A DNA stretch of 61,809 nucleotides, the filler included. It is 9 parts of 9 records of this genome, joined end to end, with 100 filler letters (N's around TTAATTAATTAA, not from the genome) between each part and the next. Parts side by side here need not be neighbours in the genome. Positions count along the whole stretch, not along the records: positions 48,863 to 56,511 come from SRR31156797_38702; positions 56,612 to 61,809 come from SRR31156797_38727; 7 more parts are not named here. One strand, written 5' to 3'. Positions 49,623 to 58,351 of this stretch are shown in pieces. Made by a program: the position numbers and the translations under genes. The notes beneath the pieces were generated by a model. The model saw only the letters and a list, made by a program, of their open reading frames with translations. It made no database searches and was not told the origin of the DNA. The stretch's first letter is position 1; every line of letters begins with the position of its first letter.

Positions 49623-51452
49623 GTGGTTGAGGTAAGAAATGCGCCTGTTAAGGAGGGCGATTCCGGAAATTCGGTTGTAATGGATATTGATACCTTAAAA
49701 AAAACAGCAACATACTCAGCTTTGAAAATCGCATTGATTTACAGTGTTTTTTCAGTGCTCTGGATATTGTTTTCAGATCAAATCCTCTACCTGACAGTAA
49801 AAAACATTGAAACCGCGACCCGGATACAGACTATAAAGGGCTGGATATTCGTTCTGGCCACTGCGGGTTTGATCTTCGTATTGCTTCAAAGGGAAATATC
49901 AAGGTATCGGCGGGTGCACACAGCATTGATGGAAGGGGAGGAGCGATACCGCTTTTTGGTGGAAAACGCTCCCTTGGGCATTATTGCCATAGATACGACC
50001 GGCGCGATATTGACCGCCAATCCTATGCTTGTGGCAATACTGGGTTCGCCGGACGTTGAATCCACAAAAAATATTAACATGTTTACGTTTCCCCCGCTGG
50101 TTGAGGCAGGCATCTCGGACAATTGCCGCCAATGCCTGGAAACAGGCCGGCCGGGAGTCTTTGAAACCAAATACGTCACCAAGTGGGGCAAAGACGTATT
50201 TCTTCGCTATCACCTCCAGGCGGTCAGGGATAAAACAAACCGGATCACCGGCGTGCAAGGTATTGTCGAAGATATATCTGTTGCGGCCAGGCTTGAAGAG
50301 GAACTCCGGCAGGCGCAAAAGATGGAAGCCTTGGGTACGCTGGCCGGTGGGGTCGCCCACGATTTTAACAATATCCTTTCAGCCATCATTGGATACACCG
50401 AATTGGCCCAGATGGAATTGGATGAGGGAAGCACGGTTTGGTCGAATATGGATATGGTCGTCAAATCCGGCATCCGGGCTAAAAACCTTGTGGAGCAGAT
50501 CCTGACCTTCAGCCGAAAAAGCCAGCGAGAACGCAAACCCATCCTGTTGGCCCCGCTGGTGGAAGAAGCTCTTCAGCTTCTTCGGGCCACTCTTCCCTCA
50601 ACAATCGAAATAAACAAGAAGATAGCCGAAGGCGAACAACTGGTCCTGGCGGACTCCACCATGATTCATCAGGTTATGATCAACCTGTGCGGCAATGCCG
50701 CGGATGCCATGCGGGAAAACGGAGGAACCCTGAGCGTTTCCCTTAATGAATATGTGCAGGATGAAAATTCGGAGCCGATATATCCGAACCTGAATCCAGG
50801 GAAATATGAAATGTTAACCGTGGCCGATACAGGGCCGGGAATGGCCAGGAACGTCCTGGACCGCATTTTCGATCCGTTTTACACAACCAAGGAACAGGGC
50901 AAGGGATCGGGAATGGGTTTGGCCGTGGTGCACGGCGCCGTAAAGAGCCATGGCGGAATAATCCAGGTGTCGAGCAAAATTGGCGCCGGGACTATATTTG
51001 AGGTGCTTTTTCCTGTTATTGAAGGCGTAGATCCGCAGGAACCGGTTATTGTAAACGAACTTGCTTCGGGCCATGAACGTATTTTATTTGTCGACGACGA
51101 ACCAAATCTGGTGGAAATCGGTAAAAAAATGCTGGAACGTTTGGGGTATCAGGTGGAAACCCGCGTCAGCAGCCGAGAGGCTCTTAAGGCGGTCGAGGAA
51201 GGCGAAGGCCCATTTGACCTGGTTATTACCGATCAGACCATGCCGAACATGACCGGAGCCGAACTGGCCCGGGCCATAATAAAACTGAAACCGGATCTGC
51301 CGGTAATCCTGTGCACCGGGTACAGCGACTCAATAACAGCCGAACAGGCCGACGCCATCGGTGTAAAGGCTTTTCTCATGAAACCACTGGTTTTAAATGA
51401 TTTTGCCGCTGCCGTACGCCGGGTTCTGGATAAAACCCGGCAGCATTTTTAA
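49623..51452 (+). CDS. Membrane PAS hybrid histidine kinase with receiver
   Basis: Two TM helices, PAS, H-box AHDFNNIL, FDPFYTTK, GSGMGL, receiver ITDQTMP; start could be ATG 49680. Confidence 0.92.
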   Translation: MVEVRNAPVKEGDSGNSVVMDIDTLKKTATYSALKIALIYSVFSVLWILFSDQILYLTVKNIETATRIQTIKGWIFVLATAGLIFVLLQREISRYRRVHTALMEGEERYRFLVENAPLGIIAIDTTGAILTANPMLVAILGSPDVESTKNINMFTFPPLVEAGISDNCRQCLETGRPGVFETKYVTKWGKDVFLRYHLQAVRDKTNRITGVQGIVEDISVAARLEEELRQAQKMEALGTLAGGVAHDFNNILSAIIGYTELAQMELDEGSTVWSNMDMVVKSGIRAKNLVEQILTFSRKSQRERKPILLAPLVEEALQLLRATLPSTIEINKKIAEGEQLVLADSTMIHQVMINLCGNAADAMRENGGTLSVSLNEYVQDENSEPIYPNLNPGKYEMLTVADTGPGMARNVLDRIFDPFYTTKEQGKGSGMGLAVVHGAVKSHGGIIQVSSKIGAGTIFEVLFPVIEGVDPQEPVIVNELASGHERILFVDDEPNLVEIGKKMLERLGYQVETRVSSREALKAVEEGEGPFDLVITDQTMPNMTGAELARAIIKLKPDLPVILCTGYSDSITAEQADAIGVKAFLMKPLVLNDFAAAVRRVLDKTRQHF

Positions 51453-51745
51453 CTGTTGCTTATTCTTCAACCCCCCCCTGTATTTTTTACTTCCCTTCTT
51501 TCGGACACCCATATTTACGAGGATTGCACTTAATCTAGATGAACTTACTTGATCAAAACACCCAAATTTTAGGAGATAACAAAAGCAGAGTGGGGAAGCA
51601 TTTGATAGTTTCAATTCAGGATCCTGTTTTGGACAAGAGTGCAATAAAATATAAAATCAATTTGAATTGGTTCTGGTTTTACTCCCATCATGGTATGTTT
51701 GAAAAAACGATTCATCTATTGCTGGTCTGAAAAAGGAGGCTATCC

Positions 51746-52867
51746 ATGCTTTCCAAAGAGGAAGTGAGAACAAGGGCCCTGGATCTGGGTTTTGCCGATA
51801 TCGGATTCACTACCGCGGAACCTTTTGAGTCGCAAAAGGAGATATTGGAATCGCGCAGTGAAGAATACGGCTTTCTGATTAAAATTATGGGATTAATGGA
51901 AGGGATTGATCCCAGAAATGGCTTCCCGGAGGCAGAATCCATGATTGTCCTTCTGGATAACTATTTCGCGGAATCTTTTCCTCCAGCCATGGAATCCCAT
52001 TTCGGCCGTTGTTACCAGGATGACGACCGGGTCACCAAGGACAAGCTTTATCTCAAAATAAAGGCTTTTCGGAGTTTCTTACAGGATAACGGCATCCAGT
52101 CCAAGGCGCCGCCCAATGTTCCCCATCGCATGTCGGCAGCCCGGGCCGGAGTGGCCAGTTTTGGAAAAAACAATTTTTTATACGCCAACCGATGCAACGC
52201 CCAAAGTTCGTGGATAATCCCATTCGTCCTGACTGTGGACGCGGAATTTGAACCGGATCAGCCAACCACGGAAGTAACATGCCCAAAGTGGTGTAAAAAC
52301 GCCTGCATTGCCGCCTGTCCGACAGGCGCTCTTAAAAGCCCTCGAAAACTCGACCCACGAAAATGCATTTCATTCCTGACTTATCTCGGGCGGGATATTA
52401 CGCCTCTGGAACTAAGAGAGCCCATGGGAACCTGGGTCTACGGCTGCGACCGCTGCCAGAACGTCTGCCCGCGAAATGCGGCCTGGTTGACCAGGCCCCT
52501 ATCCTTGAACCAGAGAATTGCCGACAAAGCGCCGGATTTCGAACTGACCAGGCTCCTTCACATGGATGTTGAATTTTTTCAAAACCGTATCTGGCCTCAT
52601 ATGTTCTATGTCGGTCCGGATAAACTGTGGCTCTGGAAAATGAATACGGCCCGGGCCATGGGCAACACGCTCAACCGGGATTACGTTCCCGACCTTGTTA
52701 AAGCATTTACGGAAAATGACGACCATCGGGTAATAGGCATGATTGCCTGGGCCCTGGGACGTTTAGGCGGCCTGGAAGCCGAAAGTGCACTGAAACGTTT
52801 CGGGCCTGAAAGTGAAAGCCCGGTTTCCGAAGAAATCGAATACGCCTTGAAAAATTTGGAGATATGA
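51746..52867 (+). CDS. Epoxyqueuosine reductase (QueG)-like Fe-S protein with HEAT-like tail
   Basis: LGFADIGFT, AARAG..GKN, CPKWCKNACIAACPTGAL, CISFLT, YGCDRCQNVCP, AWALGRLG; RBS AAGGAGG. Confidence 0.8.
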   Translation: MLSKEEVRTRALDLGFADIGFTTAEPFESQKEILESRSEEYGFLIKIMGLMEGIDPRNGFPEAESMIVLLDNYFAESFPPAMESHFGRCYQDDDRVTKDKLYLKIKAFRSFLQDNGIQSKAPPNVPHRMSAARAGVASFGKNNFLYANRCNAQSSWIIPFVLTVDAEFEPDQPTTEVTCPKWCKNACIAACPTGALKSPRKLDPRKCISFLTYLGRDITPLELREPMGTWVYGCDRCQNVCPRNAAWLTRPLSLNQRIADKAPDFELTRLLHMDVEFFQNRIWPHMFYVGPDKLWLWKMNTARAMGNTLNRDYVPDLVKAFTENDDHRVIGMIAWALGRLGGLEAESALKRFGPESESPVSEEIEYALKNLEI

Positions 52868-52939
52868 GCCGGTTGATTCTTTTGTATGAGTAAATCTGAA
52901 CTCCAAGCCTGGCCTGGATGCGAAATGAGGATCTGAATC

Positions 52940-53917
52940 ATGAACAAGATCTTGTTTTCTTTCGGAATCATTTTTTTCGGCCTGGCCCTGGGGTTGGTTG
53001 TTCAAATGCTTCACAAAAGCGGCCGGTTGGGGTTGCCCCTGCCTATCGACGATCTGCGCAAGCTGCTGCAAAAAATTGCTCTGCTTGGTCTGAATCCAAT
53101 AGCCATTATTGGTGCGATCTGGATCGCGCGTATAAATGATCCCGCTCTGATTGCTTTGCCTTTCGTTGGGTTTTTCGCTTTACTGATCGGCGGCTTGCTC
53201 GCTCTCGGCCTGGCTCGCATGATAAAACTCGAACCCAAAAAGACAGGCTCGATTTTTGGTTGCGGCTCTTTTACCAACATCGGGTCCATCGGTGCACTGG
53301 TTTGCTTTATTTTTCTTGGTGAAGCCGGCTTCGCCCTGGTTCCGATTTATAAGCTTCTGGAAGAGACCTCCTACTACGCCATAGGTTTCCCAATTGCCAA
53401 GTACTACAGCGGAGGGGTGGAAGCTGGTATAACCGCGTCCGATCGATTGAAAGGACTATTGAAAGATCCATTTATTTTGGTCTCGGTTTCAAGCCTTGTT
53501 TTAGGCGGTTTACTCAATATCAGCGGTTTCAGACGTCCCGACGCATACGGAGCTGCCAACGCGGTTATCGTGCCCCTGGCTACGATAATGCTGCTGACGT
53601 CAGTCGGACTGGCCTTGCGCTTCAGCCGGATTCGGGATTACATGCGGGAATGCGCTTCGGTATCGGTGATAAAATTCATTTTGGTCCCGATATGTGCAAC
53701 CTCGATGGCCTGGGTTCTGGGATTCGGAAAAATCGATGACGCCCTGCCGCTTAAAGTCGTCCTGATCCTGTCCTCAATGCCTGTGGCCTTTAACGCGCTG
53801 ATACCGCCCTCCATTTATGACCTCGACCTGGATCTGGCCAATTCCTGTTGGTTTGTCACCACAGCGCTGCTTGTTGTCGAGTTGCCGCTGCTGTTGCTTT
53901 TACTCGGTCGGTTCTGA
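52940..53917 (+). CDS. AEC (auxin efflux carrier)-like membrane transporter
   Basis: About ten TM helices; FTNIGSIG, KFILVP, SSMPVAFNA. Confidence 0.75.
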   Translation: MNKILFSFGIIFFGLALGLVVQMLHKSGRLGLPLPIDDLRKLLQKIALLGLNPIAIIGAIWIARINDPALIALPFVGFFALLIGGLLALGLARMIKLEPKKTGSIFGCGSFTNIGSIGALVCFIFLGEAGFALVPIYKLLEETSYYAIGFPIAKYYSGGVEAGITASDRLKGLLKDPFILVSVSSLVLGGLLNISGFRRPDAYGAANAVIVPLATIMLLTSVGLALRFSRIRDYMRECASVSVIKFILVPICATSMAWVLGFGKIDDALPLKVVLILSSMPVAFNALIPPSIYDLDLDLANSCWFVTTALLVVELPLLLLLLGRF

Positions 53918-54084
53918 TTTGTTGACTGTAAAAATCGGTTAATATAGTTCATGGCCTCCCAGTTAAATTTCCGGCCTGTTCATGATTGTATTTTATTTCT
54001 CGCCGCCGATACATTGAGTGAGAGTGGTATAGGATAACCTCTAAATATCTGTAATAACGATTAAAATATAGCATGAAAAAAACC

Positions 54085-54150
54085 TTGACAAGTCGGATAA
54101 AGTTGCATATTGTATTTTGCATTCAATATTTTAAATTCAATTGCATATAC
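54085..54150 (+). promoter_or_regulatory. Sigma-70 promoter with overlapping TG(C/T)AT repeats (probable GntR operator)
   Basis: TTGACA(54085)-N17-TATTGT(54108); 7-bp periodic TGCATAT/TGTATTT/TGCATTC and a further TTGCATAT. Confidence 0.6.
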
Positions 54151-54189
54151 CTGAGCCTGAAACCAGACTTTCAACACAAGGACGGAAAA

Positions 54190-54870
54190 ATGATTAATCT
54201 CGGTGCAACTCACGAAAATCTGGACCAAAAAGTTTACTCGATGATCAAACAAATGATCATCGACCGTAAGTTCCTTCCAGGAGATAAAATTTCGCAGGAA
54301 AAACTGGCTCTCGACCTGGGCGTATCAAGAACCCCTGTTGTCAGCGCCTTGAAATATCTGGAAAAGGAAAAACTTGTCGAAGCAAAACCCCGCCGGGGCT
54401 TCTATGTGCGCCTGTTTACCATGCAGGAAATGGTCAGCATTTTCGAACTTCGGGAAGTGCTGGAAGGATTGGCCGCCCGCAGGGCCGCCGCCAATATTAC
54501 CAAAGATCAGATCGGGCAATTGGAAAACTTCTTCCACCAGTTCGATCCGGAGGCAGGGATCAAGGATCTGAAGGCTTATGCAAGGGAAGACAGACGTTTC
54601 CATAGTTTTGTCACTGAAGTCGGCGCCAAGGAATTCCTCAAAAGCATTTTACAGAATTACAACATAATCAGCTTTTCTTACCAGGTGGTGTCTTCCGAAG
54701 GATTGGTCAGGGCGCCCGAAGAGACCATCCACGAGCACCAGGCCATAATAAAGGCCATCTGTTCCAAGGATAGTGAAAACGCGGAAATGCTAATGCGCGC
54801 CCACTTCAAACAATCAATAGCCCGATTGAAGGCGGAAATCGCGGAACAGCAAGCCGCTGTGAAGGATTAG
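54190..54870 (+). CDS. GntR family (FCD subfamily) regulator
   Basis: wHTH LALDLGVSRTPV..PRRGFYV; FCD ELREVLEG, DRRFH, EHQAII; start ATG 54190. Confidence 0.93.
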   Translation: MINLGATHENLDQKVYSMIKQMIIDRKFLPGDKISQEKLALDLGVSRTPVVSALKYLEKEKLVEAKPRRGFYVRLFTMQEMVSIFELREVLEGLAARRAAANITKDQIGQLENFFHQFDPEAGIKDLKAYAREDRRFHSFVTEVGAKEFLKSILQNYNIISFSYQVVSSEGLVRAPEETIHEHQAIIKAICSKDSENAEMLMRAHFKQSIARLKAEIAEQQAAVKD

Positions 54871-55175
54871 TGACGATTTACCGCCGGCTGGGGCGAGCGG
54901 ACTTGCAGGTTTCGGCATTGGCCCTGGGTACAATGAAATTAGACGGTCCGATCCGGTTAATTTAATGCATAACGTCCGCCGGCAAAGGCGGCGAATGAAT
55001 TCATATTAAAGGAGGTTGTCTGGAGATAAACAATGATTGGAATCACACGGCCGGCCGATATTGTCGGGCCCGGCGCCTCCTTTCCGGCATGACTCAGGCG
55101 TGAGGCGCGCAATTGAAACCGGCCGGCTGATTATTTGGGGAAACAGGGTTCTAATACATGGAGAGGAGGAAAAAG

Positions 55176-56177
55176 ATGAAGAAAAGTCTTATTTTATGTC
55201 TTGTATTGCTTCTGGCCATGGGAGGCGTCGTTTATGCGAAGAGCTACCCGAAACGTAACATCACGGTGGCTGTTGTGTGGGGCGCCGGAGGTGGAACAGA
55301 CACCTGCAACCGGATCATTCATGCCGAAATGGCCAAGGTGCTTGGCGTCAATGTCAATGTCATTAATAAAACTGGCGGCGTGGCCGGCTCGGTGGGTATG
55401 AACTACGCGTACAGCCAGCCTCATGACGGGTACACTCTGTGCGGATTGTCCGAATCCAACGTCACGGCCGGGGTCCAGGGCGGCTGGGACAAAAAATTCG
55501 ATGTCTGGGATGTGTTTATCGTAGGCGGTTCCCCGGATATCATCTCCGTAACTCCGGATACGCCCTACAAAAGCCTCAAGGACCTGATCGAAGCCGCCAA
55601 GGCCAAACCCAAGAGCATCAAGGCCGCGGCCAGCGGCGCCGGTTCGATTCATCACCTTAATCTTTTGGCTATTGAAAACGGAACCGGGGCCAAGTTTAAT
55701 TTCATCCCGTACAAGGGCTCCGCTCCCAGCCAGAATGCAGCCATGACCGGAGAAGTTTCCGTAGTGGTCACTTCCCTGGCCGAACAACAGCAACTCCTGC
55801 GCGGCGGCAAACTGAGGCCGTTGGCCATGCTGATCCCGACAGCGTTCGAAGTCGAAGGGATAGGCTCCATTCCGTCGTCCTTTGATGCCTATCCCGGCCT
55901 GTCCAAGTATCTGCCCATTTCTCAGGCTATTGGATTCGCGGTTCCGGCGGATGCACCCAAGGAAGCCAAGGACGTTTTGGTGGATGCCTTCAAAAAGGCT
56001 ATCGCCACGGACAAGGTGAAAACATGGGCCAAGGAAAATTATTACCTGCTTTCCGGCGCCACCGGTGACGAGTCCAGAAAGATTTTCAATGCGCTCGAAT
56101 CGAATTTTGCCTGGACTCTATGGGAACTTGGCGCGGCCACCGTGGAACCGTCCAAGCTCGGCATACCTAAACAGTAA
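55176..56177 (+). CDS. Tripartite tricarboxylate transporter substrate-binding protein (TctC/Bug family)
   Basis: Signal peptide, YPKRNI..WGAGGGTD, PHDGYTL, IPYKG; RBS AGGAGG. Confidence 0.9.
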   Translation: MKKSLILCLVLLLAMGGVVYAKSYPKRNITVAVVWGAGGGTDTCNRIIHAEMAKVLGVNVNVINKTGGVAGSVGMNYAYSQPHDGYTLCGLSESNVTAGVQGGWDKKFDVWDVFIVGGSPDIISVTPDTPYKSLKDLIEAAKAKPKSIKAAASGAGSIHHLNLLAIENGTGAKFNFIPYKGSAPSQNAAMTGEVSVVVTSLAEQQQLLRGGKLRPLAMLIPTAFEVEGIGSIPSSFDAYPGLSKYLPISQAIGFAVPADAPKEAKDVLVDAFKKAIATDKVKTWAKENYYLLSGATGDESRKIFNALESNFAWTLWELGAATVEPSKLGIPKQ

Positions 56178-56276
56178 CCTTTAAGCCCCGGCGGCGGATG
56201 CGTCAGTTCGCGTCCGTCCGCCCGGTCTGCCAATGCGGCAAGAACTAATGATTCAATTGCTCGAGGTTCATCAGTC

Positions 56277-56511
56277 ATGATGGAAAAAGAAAAACTCCGC
56301 AAAGCGGATTTATTTTCCGGAGCCTTCATTTTTATTTTCGGCCTGTGGGTTATAAGCCAGGGCCTGCAAATGCCCATGAAGGATTCCTGGGGCGGGGTGC
56401 AAAACGTCTGGTATGTATCACCGGCCCTGTTCCCCTTGTTTGTCGGCGCCATGATTTCTTTTCTGGGCGCCATGCTCGTCCGCATCGCCATCAAGGAAAC
56501 CGGGCGGGTAG
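56277..56511 (+). CDS. TctB-like small membrane subunit (3' end cut)
   Basis: Two TM helices with SPALFP motif directly after tctC-like gene. Confidence 0.65.
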
Positions 56512-56611
56512 NNNNNNNNNNNNNNNNNNNNNNNNNNNNNNNNNNNNNNNNNNNNTTAATTAATTAANNNNNNNNNNNNNNNNNNNNNNNNNNNNNNNNN
56601 NNNNNNNNNNN
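56512..56611. other. Artificial contig linker
   Basis: 44 N + TTAATTAATTAA + 44 N. Confidence 0.99.
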
Positions 56612-56757
56612 ACGACCGGTAAAAGCTCTTATCCCGAACAAACAGACGCATAGTTTGGTCACGCCTTTCGCTTTATTTCCAAGACGCAAAACGATCATAA
56701 AGGCCTGACCATTTTGTGTGTTTATTACAATTTTGCGAAGTGGGAAAGCTCGGCCGC

Positions 56758-57591
56758 TCAGGCCTTTAAATTTCTGGCGTAATGGAACATATATTGCTGT
56801 GCGATGCCGGCGTAAGGGCTGAAAACAACCGGGTCAAAGGCTTTCCCGTAGTTTTCTGCAACCGCCTTTTTAATCCAGGTGTCAACCGGGAACGCATCAA
56901 GCATATGAAGGCCGAAAAGCACGGCACACCGGGCGACCTTGTCGCCCACACCGTTCAGTGATTTGAGCGCGGCAATGGCCTCTTCGGGTGCTCCCGTAGC
57001 CAGCGTCTCCAGATCAAGACTTCCACTGGCGACGGCGCGGGCCGCGTCAAGGATATACGGCGCTCTGTAGCCGCAGCGGAGCGGCTCGAGGTCCTTCTCT
57101 GTCAGTCCAGCCGTTTTTTCGGCCGACGGAAAGGTGTAATATGTATGGTCCTGAAAATCAATCGGCTCGCCGTACAACGTGCAAAACCGCTCAACAATCT
57201 GCTTGATGCGCGGGATATTGTTGCACTGGGACACGATAAAGGTGCACAGCGCCTCCCACTTGTCCTGCCGAAGTATCCGGATGCCCCATCCGAAGTCCGC
57301 GCACCGAGCCATATAGTCGTCAATACAGACCCTGTGCCGTACGGCTTCGTAGTCTAGATCAAGGTCGAAATAAGCGCGCCATACCGCATCAAAGTCTTCG
57401 GTTGTGCCAGTGATAAAAACGCTGTCGCCATCCCTGCGGACGCGCGCGGCTTTGCCCATCGCCACACCGATATACGCGCCGTCTTCGTCGCGGTTCCAGC
57501 GGAAGCATTGGCCGCATTCAAACGTCTGCTCCAGGTCAAGGCCTGTGAGCCCCGTTATTTCCGTTTCCTGTCCTTTTTGAAAATAATCCAT
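56758..57591 (-). CDS. 8-oxoguanine DNA glycosylase (Ogg/HhH-GPD family)
   Basis: TFECGQCFRW, SQCNNIPRI, GYRA, HhH GVGDKVA, FPVDTW; start MDYFQ at 57591. Confidence 0.9.
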   Translation of the reverse strand: MDYFQKGQETEITGLTGLDLEQTFECGQCFRWNRDEDGAYIGVAMGKAARVRRDGDSVFITGTTEDFDAVWRAYFDLDLDYEAVRHRVCIDDYMARCADFGWGIRILRQDKWEALCTFIVSQCNNIPRIKQIVERFCTLYGEPIDFQDHTYYTFPSAEKTAGLTEKDLEPLRCGYRAPYILDAARAVASGSLDLETLATGAPEEAIAALKSLNGVGDKVARCAVLFGLHMLDAFPVDTWIKKAVAENYGKAFDPVVFSPYAGIAQQYMFHYARNLKA

Positions 57592-57637
57592 AGATATACC
57601 TGATAGAGGCGGCCTTACAGCCGCCCGGGCTGATAAA

Positions 57638-58351
57638 TTATCCGTAGACGAAGCCGCGCTTAGGATCATTAAATTCCTCCAGCCGCAGCCGATAGGCTTC
57701 CATCGCCGCCTCTTCAAAGACCAGCGGCCTGTCGCTTATGCCCAGAAGCTCCAGAAGATATTTGGTAAAGAGCGGATTGAGTATGAGGAGCGGGCCTAAA
57801 ACATACGTGGCCATAAAGTTGTTTTTTCGGATGCCCTCGGGCTTTACGTCCGGATTTCGGCCGACGCCGCGCACTGTCTCAAAAAGCGCGTCCGCACCGT
57901 CGCCGTATACGTGTGTAAACTGGCTTTTAAAGCCAACGATATCTATATCGCCAAATTTCCCGAGATAAAGCGAATTGTGACGGTGCATCATCCGGCGTTT
58001 TGCCGTGAAATCAAACAGCCCAAGCATTTCGGTGGCCGTGCCATCCTCATCCTCAATGGACTTTATAAATATCTCCAGCGCGTTCCCTGTAATGAGGAAC
58101 GTGGTCCCGCCGTCGATGAGCTCTTCAATGCGCGCCTTATGCGGGCGCAGCGCATCCGCTACGAGAAGCTGTGCCTGCTCGGTCATGGAGCACATAAACA
58201 CCAGGTCCACGTCACCGTTTAAAAACGCCGGCGGCGTTTTCAGCGGTGTCCTGACGATCTCCGCTTCCGGGACGGTACGATGCAGATACTCGATGTTCAT
58301 CAAGTCGCCAAAGAGATAGCAAACCTCGGGATATAAAATTTCAATCTTCAT
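57638..58351 (-). CDS. GatD/CobQ-like glutamine amidotransferase-fold protein lacking catalytic Cys and His
   Basis: LYPE..LFGD..N, LGLFDF, IVGF, GVGRN..EG, ATY.LGPLL align with GatD; CGGYQ replaced by GNALE, HGP by LGP. Confidence 0.85.
   Translation of the reverse strand: MKIEILYPEVCYLFGDLMNIEYLHRTVPEAEIVRTPLKTPPAFLNGDVDLVFMCSMTEQAQLLVADALRPHKARIEELIDGGTTFLITGNALEIFIKSIEDEDGTATEMLGLFDFTAKRRMMHRHNSLYLGKFGDIDIVGFKSQFTHVYGDGADALFETVRGVGRNPDVKPEGIRKNNFMATYVLGPLLILNPLFTKYLLELLGISDRPLVFEEAAMEAYRLRLEEFNDPKRGFVYG

Noticed and set aside
51746-52867. Respiratory reductive dehalogenase (RdhA)
   Set aside because: No Tat signal or small rdhB anchor gene; N-terminus and HEAT-like tail fit the QueG family better
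54073-54189. 39-aa N-terminal extension of the GntR regulator
   Set aside because: Overlaps the promoter/operator region; ATG 54190 gives a normal-length protein
57592-57717. N-terminal extension of the Ogg glycosylase overlapping gatD
   Set aside because: Non-homologous sequence; ATG 57591 gives a typical length without overlap
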